A stretch of 55,530 nt of DNA, the filler included, from Sphacelaria rigidula (lineage: Eukaryota): assembly GCA_964200075.2 (NCBI GenBank). It is 4 parts of 4 records of this genome, joined end to end, with 100 filler letters (N's around TTAATTAATTAA, not from the genome) between each part and the next. Parts side by side here need not be neighbours in the genome. Positions count along the whole stretch, not along the records: positions 13,911 to 27,720 come from CAXNAA020002653.1; positions 27,821 to 41,625 come from CAXNAA020002654.1; 2 more parts are not named here. One strand, 5' to 3'. Numbering within the stretch: the stretch's first letter is position 1; the number at the start of each line of letters is the position of its first letter. Shown here piece after piece: positions 22,901 to 33,336 of the stretch. The position numbers and the translations under genes are program-made. The notes under the pieces are model-generated. The model worked only from the letters and a program-made list of their open reading frames with translations. It did not search any database and had not been told where the DNA came from.

Positions 22901-25900
22901 CATATTCGGGCTGTGTTATAGTAGGTTGAATGACAAGGAGGATGAGCTTCTCATATCCATGTCTATGTCCTGGCTATGTTATAGTAGATGAAATAGAAAG
23001 GAGGGTGAGCTTCTCTATTTCATGTCTATGTCCTGGCTGTGTTAGAGTAGGTTGAAGAAAAAGGAGGGTTAGCTTCTCCATTCCATGTTTTCATCCGGAC
23101 GGCGTTACAGTAAGTTCATAAGAAAAGAGGGTGAGCTTCTCTATTCCATGTCTATATCCGGGCTGTGTTATAGTACGTTGATAAAAGAGAAGGGTTAGCT
23201 TCTCTATTTCAGGTCAATGTCTGGACTGCGTTATAGGAGATGGGATAGAAAGAAGGGTGAGCTTTATATTTCATGTCTATGTCCTGGCTGTGTTGAGTAG
23301 GTTGAAGAAAAAAGACGGTTAGCTGCTCTATTTCATGTCTATGTTCGGGCTGTGTTATAGTGGGTTGGTGAAAAAGAAGGGTGAGCTTCTCTATTTCCGG
23401 TCAATGTCTGGACTGCGTTATAGAAGATGAAATAGAAAGGAGGGTGAGCTTCTATATTTCATGTCTATGGCCTGGCTGTGTTACAGTAGGTGAAAAAGAA
23501 AGGAGGGTTTGTCTCTCTATTTCATCTCTATGTCCCGGCTGTGTTAAAGTAGGTTAAAGAACAAGGACGGTTTGCTGCCCTATTTCATGTCTATGTCCGG
23601 TCTGTGTTACAGTAGATTGATAACAAAAGAGGGTTAGCTTCTCTATTTGAGGTGAATGTCTGGACTGCATCATAGTAGATGAAATCAAAAACAGGGTGAG
23701 CTTCCCTATTCCATGTCAATCTAGGGACTGCGTTATAGTAGATGAAATACAAAGGAGGGTGAGCTTCTCTATTTCATGTCTATGTCCTGGCTGTGTTATA
23801 GAATATTGAAGGAAAAGGACCGTTAGCTTCTCTATTTCATGTCTTTGTCCGGGCTGTGTTATAGTAGGTTGAGTAAAACGGAGGGTTAGCTCCTCTATTT
23901 TATGTTTATATCCGGCCTGTGTTGTAGTAGGTTGAATAAAAAGGGTGGTGAGCTTCTCTATTTCCTGTTCATATTCGGGCTGTGTTATAGTAGGTTGAAT
24001 GACAAGGAGGATAAGCTTCCATGTTTTATGTCTATGTCCTGGCTATGTTATAGTAGGTGAAAAAAAACGGAGGGTTTGTTTCTTTATTTCATCTTTATGT
24101 CCCGGCTGTGTTAGAGTAGGTTGAAAAAAAGGAGGGTTAGCTTCTCTATTCCATGTTTTCATCCGGACGGCGTTACAGTAGGTTGATAAGAAAGGAGGGT
24201 GAGCTTCTCTATTCCATGTCTTTATCCGGGCTGTGTTATAGTAGGTTGAATAAAAGGAAGGGTCAGCTTCTCTATTTCATGTCTATGTCCTGGCTGTGTT
24301 TTTGTAGGTTGAATGAAAAGGAGGGTTACCTTCTTTATTTCAGGTCAATGTCTGGACTGCGTTATAGTAGGTTGAATCAAAAGGAGGGTGAGCTTCTCTA
24401 TTTCATGTCTATGTCCTGGTTGTGTTATAGTAGATAAAAAATAAAGAGGGTTTGTTTCTCTATATCATGTCTATGTCCCGGCTGTGTTAGAGTAGGTTGA
24501 ATAAGATGGACTGTTAGCTGCTCTATTCCAGGGTGTGTTCGGGCTGTGTTATAGTAGATGAAATCAAAAGAAGGGTGAGCTTCTGTATTTCATGTCTATG
24601 TCCTGGCTGTTTTATAGTAGGTGAAAAGAAAAGGAGGGGTTTGTTTCTTCATATCATGTCTATTTCCCGGCTGTGTAAGAGTAGGTCAAAGAAAAAGGAC
24701 GGTTTGCTGCTCTATATCATGTCCATATGCGGGCTGTGGTAGAGTAGGTTCAATTAAAAGGAGGGTAAGCTTCTTTATTTCATGTCTATATCCTGGCTGT
24801 GTTATAGTAGGTTGAATGAAAGGGAGGGTAAGCTGCTCTATTCCATGTTCATATCCGGGCTGTGTTATAGTAGATGAAATCAAAAGGAGGGTGAGCTTCT
24901 CTATTTCATGTCAACCTCTGGACTGCGTTATAGTAAATGAAATAGAAAGGAGGGTGAGCTTCTCTATTCGATGTCCATGTCCTGGCTGTGAAAGAGTATG
25001 TCAGAGAAAAAGGACGGTTTGCTGCTCTATTTCATGTTTAAATGCGGGCTGTGGTATAGTAGGTTGAATCAAAGGGAGGGTAAGCTTCTCTATTTCTTGT
25101 CTCTATCCTGGCTGTGTTAAAGTGGCTTAAATAAAAGGGAGGGTAAGCTGCTTTTCTCCATTTCTATGTCCGGGCTGTGTTATAGTAGATAAAATCAAAA
25201 GGAGGGTGAGCTTCTCTATCCCATGTCAACCTTTGGACTGCGTTATAGTAGATGAAATAAAAAAAGGGTGAGCTTCTCTATCCCATGTCCACCTCTGGAC
25301 TGCGTTATAATAGATGAAATACAAAGGAGGGTGAGCTTCTCTATTTCATGTCTATGCCCGGGCTGTGTTATAGAAGATAGAAGAAAAAGGACCGTTAGCT
25401 TCTCTATTTCATGTCTATATCCGGGCTATGTTATGGTAGGTTGAGTAAAAGGAAGGGTTAGCTCCTCTATTTTATGTTTATATCCGGCCTGTGTTGTAGT
25501 AGGTTTGATCAAAAGGGGAGTGAGCTTCCCTATTTCATGTTCATATTCGGGCTGTGTTAGAGTAGGTTGAATGACAAGGAGAATAAGCTTCTCTAATCCA
25601 TGTCTATGTCCGGGCTGTGTTATAGTAGATGAAATCAAAAGGAGGGTGAGCTTCTCTATCCCATGTTAACTCCTGGACTGCGTTAGAGTAAATGAAATAT
25701 AAAGGAGGGTGAGCTTCTCTATTCGATGTCTATATGCTGGCTGTGGTATAGTAGGTTCAATTAAAGGGAGGGTAAGCTTCTTTATTTCATGTCTATATCC
25801 TGGCTGTGTTATAGTAGGTTGAATGAAGGGGAGGGTAAGCTGCTCTATTCCATGTCTTTGTCCGGGCTGTGTTATAGTAGATGAAATCAAAAGGAGAGTG

Positions 25901-27720
25901 AGCTTCTCTATTCCATGTCTATGTCCTGGCTGTGTAAGAGTATGTTAAAGAAAAAAGACGGTCTGCTGCTCTATATCATGTCTATATCCGGGCTGTGGTA
26001 TAGTAGGTTGAATCAAAGGGAGGGTAAGCTGCTCTATTTCATGTTAATATCCTGGCTGTGGTATAGTAGATGAAATCAAAAGGAGGGTGAGCTTCTCTAT
26101 TCCATGTCTATGTCCTGGCTGTGTAAGAGTATGTTAGAGAAAAAGGACGGTTTGCTGCTCCATATCATGTCTATATCCGGGCTGTGGTATAGTAGGTTGA
26201 ATCAAAGGGAGGGTAAGCTGCTCTATTTCATGTTAATATCCTGGCTGTGTTATAGTAGGTTGAATGAAAGGGAGGGTAAGCTGCTCTATTCCAAGTCTAT
26301 GTCCGGGCTGTGTTATAGTAGATGAAATCAAAAGGAGGGTGAGCTTCTCTATATCATGTCTATGTCCGGGCTGCGTTATGGTAGATGAAATAGAAAGGAG
26401 GGTCAGCTTCTTCATTTCATGTCTATGTCCGGGCTGTGTTACAGTAGGTGAAATATGACGGAGGGTAAGCTTCTCTCTTTGATGTCTATGTCCGGGCTGT
26501 GTTATAGTAGGTGGCTAATGCCGAGATAGCCCCCCTACGAAAAGTGCACCGGAGACCGTACGACAAACCGGCTGCAATCTCCACTATCGGGCTCGTTTGC
26601 AGCGATTTCGCAAAAATGAAAGGCGTGCAGCAGTCCGAAATCAGCTATGACGCCCAAATAAGTCGCGTCGTGCAGCACGAAATCCTTTTTAACGGTATTT
26701 TTTTCATCGCCTCCTTGCACGTTTTTGGCCGGTTCGGGGGGGGGCTATCTCGGCAGCGGTCAGGTGAAAGAAAAAGAAGGTTGAGCTTCTCTATTTCATG
26801 TCTATATCCGAACTGTGTTATAGTACGTTCTAGAAAAACGAGGGGTGCTTCTCTATTTCATGTCGATGTCCGGGCTGTGTTCTAGTGTGTTGGAGAAAAG
26901 GGATGGTTAGTTTCAAATTTTCATGTCTATATCCGGGCTGTGTTATAGTAGGTGGAATGAAAAGGAGGGTTAGCTTCTCTATTTCATGCTTTCATCCGGA
27001 CTGCGTTTCAGTAGGTTGATAAGAAAGGAGGGTCAGCTTCTCTATTTTATGTCTATGTCCTGGCTGTGTTACAGTAGGTTGAATAAAAGGGAGGGTTAGC
27101 TTCTCTATTCCATGTCCATGTCCGGACTGTATTAGAGTAGGGTGATAAATAAGGAGGGATAGCTTCTTTATTTCACGTCAATGTCTGGCCTGCGTTATAG
27201 TAGATGAAATAAAAAGGAGGGTGAGCTTCTCTATTTCATGTCTATGTGTTGGCTGTGTTAAAGTAGGTGAGAGCAGAAGGAGGGTTTGTTTCTCTATTTC
27301 ACGTCTATGTCCGGGCAGGTTATAGTAGGTTGACAAAAAGGGAGAGTTGGCGTCCCTATTCTCCGCGGCTCTATGTCCGAGCTGTGTTAGAGTAGGTGAA
27401 AGAAAAAGGAGGGTTAGCTGCTCTTTATCATATCTATATCCAGGCTGTGTTATAGCAGGTGAGAAAAAAAGGAGAGTTAGCTTCACTATTCCATGTCTAT
27501 GTCCTGGCTGTGTTATAGTAGGGTTAAAAAGAGGAGGCTTAGCTTCTGTATATCATGTCTATGTCCAGGCTGTGTTATAGTGGGTTGAATAACAGGGAGG
27601 GTTATCTTCTCTATTTCATGTCAATGTCTAGACTGCGTTTCAGTGGATGAAATCAAAAGGAGGGTTAGCTTCTGTATTTCATGTCTATATTCAGGCTGTG
27701 TTATAGTGGGTTGAATTACA
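13911..27720. repeat. 63-bp tandem satellite, ~215 diverged monomers (approx. GGGTGAGCTTCTCTATTTCATGTCTATGTCCGGGCTGTGTTATAGTAGGTTGAATAAAAAGGA)
   Basis: Period measured directly (ccat at 16391, 16454, 16517). It fills the whole contig, and every frame is interrupted by stops or 1-bp indels. Confidence 0.97.
26513..26761. mobile_element. 249-bp MITE inserted in the satellite, TSD AGGT (or AGGTG)
   Basis: TIR core tgccgagatagcccccc / ggggggctatctcggca. AGGT(G) is duplicated at 26509 and 26762, and removing the insert restores a normal monomer. Confidence 0.9.
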
Positions 27721-27820
27721 NNNNNNNNNNNNNNNNNNNNNNNNNNNNNNNNNNNNNNNNNNNNTTAATTAATTAANNNNNNNNNNNNNNNNNNNNNNNN
27801 NNNNNNNNNNNNNNNNNNNN
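27721..27820. other. Artificial contig linker
   Basis: N44-TTAATTAATTAA-N44. Confidence 0.97.
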
Positions 27821-27969
27821 ATCCACGCAACTTTTGCGCCATTCCACATGTCTGGGCTGCGTGTACCTCGGTTGCAACGCTGAAATAAAGCCTTGGGATT
27901 GATTGGTGACGAGTCGACTCATCATGCTAGAACCAAGTAATTTTCAGACGAATCACTATGTGTCCGACC

Positions 27970-28290
27970 TTTGATATCTTATCCCCGTCCTGTTTCGCCG
28001 TCTGTGGCCACCATTCATGTCCTAGTATAGCCATCGTTTTATCCCTACTGCCAAGTACATCAAACAATTTTGTGCCACCTTCATTTACTTTCCGTATTTC
28101 CTGCCCTAGCACGTCCCGTTTCTCCATGTATAGTTCACATTTTGCCACTTTATGAGTTCTAGTCTCTAGTGCTTCGCCACAGCGGCAATTCTGTGCATCT
28201 ACTTTCTTCTTCTGTCGACTACTGGAATATCCTTCTTCTTTCTGTCAGGTCCAGACCCCCACCCGAAATCGCAGTTTCGATTTTCTCGCG
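27970..28290 (-). mobile_element. LINE ORF2 C-terminal remnant (family 1)
   Basis: Minus strand gives KLRFRVG, LDLTERRR and AKCELYMEKRDVLGQEIRKVNEGG...ILGHEWWPQTAKQDGDK, with frameshifts. Confidence 0.75.
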
Positions 28291-28616
28291 GCGTGAATTA
28301 GGCCATGCAGATATGTCTTCATCGCTATCCCCTCTCTCAACCCCTCGTTTATCTTCAGGTGTTCTTCCTCGTCTGCTTTGCGTCTGAGCGTTTGTTAGCT
28401 GTGCTCGTGGACACACGTGCACACACATACACTTGCGCGCACACTGATTTCTCCACAGCGTGCCGTTTCTGGAACCATACCCACCCACGTTCTCCCTACT
28501 CCTGAAACAAAGACGGTATATTTTCTCTTTTTTATTTTTGTATTACTGTGTTCTCTGATCATGCGTAATGACCATTACTGATTGCCGCAAAAACAAACAC
28601 AAAAACACGCACACAG

Positions 28617-28813
28617 ATAGCCGGGTCTGAGAATGGAGACGACGACAAATGGAACCGAGCTTGGTCCGGTGCCGCGCCGAAAAAGGCCACCACTTGTCCA
28701 GCTTGTGGCGAGTCCTTGAAGGCTGTGGGACTAACTCCGGGCGAACGAGCTCGCATTAGGGACGCCCTCTTCTATCTGGCAGGACTGCAAGTGAAGAAGC
28801 ACGGCAGAAGCAA
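28617..28813 (+). CDS. PRORP: PRORP exon, central zinc-binding CxxC (TTCPACGESLKAVGLTPGERARIRDAL)
   Basis: AC-rich acceptor acacAG and donor AA|GTGAGT. Phase 0 to 2, matching the next exon. Confidence 0.8.
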
Positions 28814-28944
28814 GTGAGTGCGGAGGCAGAGGGGCAATGCAGTGCAGTGCAGTCAGTATGGGGGCAGCGCACAGACAAGCAGTGCGTTCTTTTTCCTGTC
28901 ATCCTTGCAATACTCTTCCTCACCCCCTCGCCTCGCCCCGCTTG

Positions 28945-29062
28945 TTCCGTCTCGAAAGGGATGCGTGGTCAATGGTCAAATGACAAAGGCGAGCAACAGA
29001 TGAGTACGCCCCCCATGACACGCTCGTCGTCCCGCGACTACGGCATGCAAGATCACGAGTAC
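28945..29062 (+). mobile_element. Adjacent short 3' tails of retroposon families 1 and 2
   Basis: ccgtctcgaaagggatgcgtggtcaatggtc...gagtacgcccccc, then gactacggcatgcaagatcacgagtac. Similar C-rich sequence (ctcacc..cctcgccccg) flanks both sides. Confidence 0.65.
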
Positions 29063-29659
29063 ACGCTCACCCTCCCTCGCCCCGTGTTTTCATAATTGCG
29101 GGTACTGTGCTGTAGAATACGGTGTATATCACCCGTACGTACTATACCACCCACCTGAATAACAGCAGTGGGTATGAAAAAATCGGCTACTTTTCACACC
29201 ATGTCGATCGGTACGGTAGTATCTTCAGTGCAGCACTATATTGGGGGTACGTAGTATACAAGACCCCCTCCGAAGAGGATGGGTGTAATTGCGAGTCAAG
29301 AGTCTAGACGCAACTTTGGAAGGGGCCCTAATTCTCCCTCCCGGGGGGCAGTTGGTTGGTGAAGTCACGTCCTATGGTTTCCACAACCATGGTATAAAAA
29401 ATGGGTTATCTCACTGCGCTGTATATGGCTGGAGTAGACGCGGCGTCTGCATTTTCAAGTGGGGATTTTTTTTTTCTCCAGCCGTATGTTTGTCCAGAGG
29501 CCGTTTTCGAATCCTCCGAGCCAATCGAATATGAAGAGTGGGCTAGACTTCTGTCGGTGGGGCGATGCAAAGCGTTCAAGACGTGTGATGACGATATTCC
29601 CGGTTTGGGAGCGAAAAATCGTGTCAAAGGTCCCACATTTGGAAGATACGACCCCAAAA

Positions 29660-30010
29660 CAATACGAGCCGTAAGAAACGACCTTGGGTCGGGAAAAACG
29701 CGGGTTCAATTCCCGCCAGATGATGCATCTACTCTGGCTTTTTTTTTTTCTGATAAGTATATAATTTTGCGTCGTTGAAAACATGTTGTGAGGACGTGAG
29801 AAGCGAAAAAATCTGTTAGGCTGAGCTTATTGGACGAGAGTCGACGCGGTTTTGGAGTACTGAAGTAGTGCTGATGGTCGTGCCCAATCCGCGATGTCGA
29901 ATTGTGAGGCGTGTACCGGGGGGAGAGATGGGCCAATCGACCCCGCGAGATCACCGACTCGTCCCGAGAAAGGGGGGAAGTTAGGAAGTGAAAACATAAA
30001 GGAAAATAAT
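29660..30010 (+). mobile_element. tRNA-derived SINE, diverged copy
   Basis: B-box ggttcaattccc at 29703-29714. Body gacgagagtcgacgcgg...ccaatccgcga...gcgtgtaccgggggagagatggg...gactcgtcccga. Confidence 0.65.
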
Positions 30011-30309
30011 AAGGGTGCCAGTATAGTGCAGTGGGTAGCCAGCGGCCCGACCGCACCATGTCGGGACCCCGCACTATACGGGTATGCTACAATCACTTGA
30101 TGATTATGAAGCAGGTCGGACTTGTGACAAGTGATTCTGCACTGGGGTGGAACCCTGCACTTGAGACGGCTGAAATGTGGTGGGACCCCCATGCTGCCCT
30201 AATGCTTGCGGCAGAGCTCAGTCGTTGAGGGGTCAACGTTATCTACTCCGAATGCGAAGCCGGGTACGAGTGACCAAGTAGTTTTTCACATGTCGGATAA
30301 ATCACCTTT

Positions 30310-30650
30310 AGCTTCCTGTAGCTCGAGCTAGCTCTTTTTCAGTGTAGTTCCCTACTGAGCTGTGAGAGCTGCATGGGCTACGCATGTTTTTTCCTGGGTG
30401 ACCCGTGAGAGCTACATGAGCTATGCATGTTTACCCTAGGAGAGCTACCAACCCGTAGCTCATCAGCGCACATCTGCCGTGGGTGAGCTACGAGAGCCAC
30501 ATGAGCTACGCGTGTTTGTCCTGGGTGAGCCGCCAATCCGTAGCTCATCAGCGCATGTTTACCCTGGGCGAGCTATCGTGCGTAGCTCATATGTACATGA
30601 TTGACTGCATGTGAGCTACAGCCCGCGGAGGAGCTAGATCACGAGCTGTT
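30310..30650. repeat. Degenerate AGCT-rich repeat cluster (gagctac/gtagctc in both orientations)
   Basis: Recurring gagcta(c/t)gcatgttt..cctggg.gagc and cgtagctcatcagcgca units. Confidence 0.6.
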
Positions 30651-30839
30651 CGGCGTTTGTAGTTTTCTCAAGAAGCGCTCATGGTTGGAACGCTAGAGTC
30701 CTTGTAAGCACATTTCTACGGTGTACGGATATCAGCTTGCCCGGATTTTTGTAACTCGGTGTCGTCCTCTAAGCTTACTTTATGTTCCCTCACCTTTCTC
30801 TCTCGGCATTATTTCCCGGTGATTTTGTGATTATTATTG

Positions 30840-30990
30840 ACTCATTGATTGATTGATCGATGGTCGCACTTTAAGTGACTCCCGAGGGATCCAGCCGTGG
30901 TGACATGATAGACGTACCCTGGACGGAACAACACTGAAACACTCCCTGAAGACAAAAGAAAAGACAAAAAACGTGAAACAACACAGCAGA
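30840..30990 (-). repeat. Dispersed repeat ending in (AATC)n; other copies ~35330-35420 (+), 43700-43820 (-), 44740-44825 (+), 47400-47510 (-)
   Basis: Shared core gggtacgtct(a/t)tcatg...ggctgga(t/c)ccct...aag(t/c)g(c/t)gacaatca in all five copies. Confidence 0.65.
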
Positions 30991-31217
30991 GTAGACTAGA
31001 GGAGAAGAAATAAAAATTTATGTATTACTATCGCGGTTATTATTCATTGGTGCTACTATTATACCGTTTCATTTTGTATTATTTACGTTGAATATTCCGT
31101 TTGTTTCTGTTTTTTATTTCTTGATACAATTGAATATTGTTGTCACGACTACATGAATAGTACAGTATCTCATTATTTAATATGAGTATACCATGCATCT
31201 TTCCCTGCTGTGTTCAG

Positions 31218-31350
31218 ATGGACCAAATCATTGCGGAAACAGCAAACCGAAGCGGAGAAGAGCCTGGCAGTCCGAGGCTACTACAGCTTCACGGAGGAAG
31301 ATCAGAAGGAACAGCTGCAGATATTCGTCGACTGGCTTCACGAACAACGG
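31218..31350 (+). CDS. PRORP: PRORP exon (WTKSLRKQ...EQLQIFVDWLHEQR)
   Basis: ttcAG acceptor and CGG|GTGGGG donor. Carries the F..WL motif that precedes the NYN domain. Confidence 0.82.
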
Positions 31351-31713
31351 GTGGGGCGGTTGCTGCACGTTAGACTACTGTACGTGTTCCTTGCCGCACA
31401 CAGATTTTCATGGTATCAGGAGGGATTTATATTGCCTGAATGATTATACACCGTGTGGCAGCAATAGCTCCAGATGTCATTTGTCTCCACGGTACGTGTA
31501 TCGACATGAAAACTAGTTCTTGGCCTGGCATATACACAGATTTGATTCATTTTTTCTTTTCCATTTTTATTTTTCTGGAAATGGTCAGCCTTATTTCTTA
31601 CAACCTCGCGTCTTGTGGGCGACAACGGTGACCGATTACAACCATTTCTTCGCAGGTACCTGTCTGCCGTGGATGATTCGTGGACTGCGTGGCAAAGTTC
31701 GTTGCATTTGACC

Positions 31714-31985
31714 GCACCCTGGACAAAAAAATACAGCAAAAAAGTGTACTATGTACGGTATCATATCGTACGCAGTGCAGTTTTTGACAATGTAATCTAT
31801 TGTCTACGGTGTGCAATTGACAAAGGCAATCATATTACTGTAGAAATCACACCCTGGATAATAGAATACACAGTCAAAAAGTGTACTCCGTACAGCATCG
31901 ACTACTGCACCTACTGCAGTAAACAATAGATTCCATACCGTACGCAGCACATTTTTTTACAATAGAATCTGTTTTCCAGGGTGTG
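31714..31985. mobile_element. Two adjacent CACCCTGGA-TIR MITE copies (31714-31814 and 31848-31985)
   Basis: cacaccctgga...tccagggtgtg TIRs, homologous to 12555-12694. Confidence 0.7.
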
Positions 31986-32526
31986 ATAGACATCCACCGA
32001 GCAGCGACTCTGTTGTATCGTAATGGTAGAGGTTGTCCAGTGTGTATTTGATTGCACTTTTATACGCGGTTGTTCGTGTAGTAGTTACTTTTCATCATCT
32101 ACGTTAAAATAACGTTCTCTTATGGGTCGGTCTTGTCAACGGGATATCTATTTATTTCTTCACTTTTTCCGAAAACGTCTTCTCTTTTTTCAACTCCCCC
32201 CCCCCGAAATATTGAAAATTAATCCTACGCTAGAGTTTCGGAGAAGTTCGTGGTCATTCTTCAGTTGATCTGTATGCTTGATCTGGTTCGGAAATTTCCT
32301 CTCACATTTTTCGGAGTTTTTTTCCCCCGGAAAATTCGGAGATTTCAGGAAAAAAATAGACCCGCGAATAAGACCCCTTGGCTTTACCCCGCTCTTTGCC
32401 GTTGTGTGCTGTTTTTGTGTTCCTAGTTTCGCTGCTATTGACTTCTCATTTCATATCTCTCTATTTTTGTCTTCGCCGGCTCTACCTGTTCTTTATTTCT
32501 CCTTTTTTTTAATTCGCTCTGTTCAG

Positions 32527-32603
32527 GCGAACGGGAAAACGTTTACCGCCGTCATAGACTCGGCGAATGTGGCGTACCATAGAGGAAACCCGCGGCACTT
32601 CAG
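32527..32603 (+). CDS. PRORP: PRORP exon, NYN motif 1 (FTAVIDSANVAY)
   Basis: Long pyrimidine tract plus cAG, donor AG|GTAATG. Catalytic Asp motif equivalent to VIDGANV. Confidence 0.9.
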
Positions 32604-32635
32604 GTAATGTATCGTAAGATATGTCCCGCGCACGC

Positions 32636-32676
<41 letters not shown>

Positions 32677-32768
32677 GATGTTGATGTTGATGTTGATGTT
32701 GATGTTGATGTTGATGTTGATGTTGATGATGATGATGATGATGATGATGAGGATGAGGATGAGGATGA
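32636..32768. repeat. Compound microsatellite (GTT)n-(GATGTT)n-(GAT)n-(GATGAG)n in a PRORP intron
   Basis: Read directly from the sequence. Confidence 0.95.
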
Positions 32769-33225
32769 TTTTCGCCGAATTCGATATACTTTCGAGCCTT
32801 CTCTGATCGCCCAGGGGTGTTTTCGTCTGTCAGAGCAGCATAGCGGATCTCACTTGAAAAAGTAATTGTTGAGACTCGGATGCTCATCCGCAGGTGCTTC
32901 AAGGATCAACAACGCTTTCCCTCAAGACTTGTCCCGATTCTTGACGGATCAACCTCTCTCTCTCTGCCAGTGGTTGCCTTGCACTCATTTTTTTCTTTTT
33001 CTTTTTTCGCTCGCCGTCCTTGCAACCTTAACACCCCCGCCCCCCTCTCCTCAGGACGAGTTCGGAGTCTCCAGGGTTTAACCGATGTCTCCCCCGGCTA
33101 CTTAGTGCCTTGCACAAAGCTTAGATTATTTAATTTCTCTCCCTGTCTAATCATACCAGTGACTTGGATCAACGGGACGCGGTGGATGCGGGTTGATGTG
33201 ACGCCTTTTCTTGTTTTTCGTGCAG

Positions 33226-33336
33226 TCTTCCGCAGGTGGATTTGGTTGTGCAGGCGTTGGAAGCTAAGGGAGAGCGGCCGCTGGTCGTCATCGCCGAGAA
33301 GTACATCGATAGAGTCGACGAACACTATCAAGCATC
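33226..33336 (+). CDS. PRORP: PRORP exon (LPQVDLVVQALEAKGERPLVVIAEKY)
   Basis: gtgcAG acceptor, TC|GTGAGT donor, phase 2 to 2. Confidence 0.88.

Noticed and set aside
13919-27580. 21-aa repeat proteins (MSISGLCYSR..., KLTLLFIQPTITQPGHRHEIE, SCLCPGCVIVG...)
   Set aside because: These are by-products of a 63-nt period. ORFs appear in three different frames on both strands, and all are broken by stops and 1-bp indels.
13911-27720. CRISPR array (conserved repeat plus variable segment)
   Set aside because: The variable parts are short, homologous to each other and recur in higher-order blocks. The repeats themselves are degenerate, there are no cas genes, and the context is eukaryotic.
32600-32902. 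Poly-His/Gln and poly-Leu/Met ORFs
   Set aside because: Translations of an intronic microsatellite.
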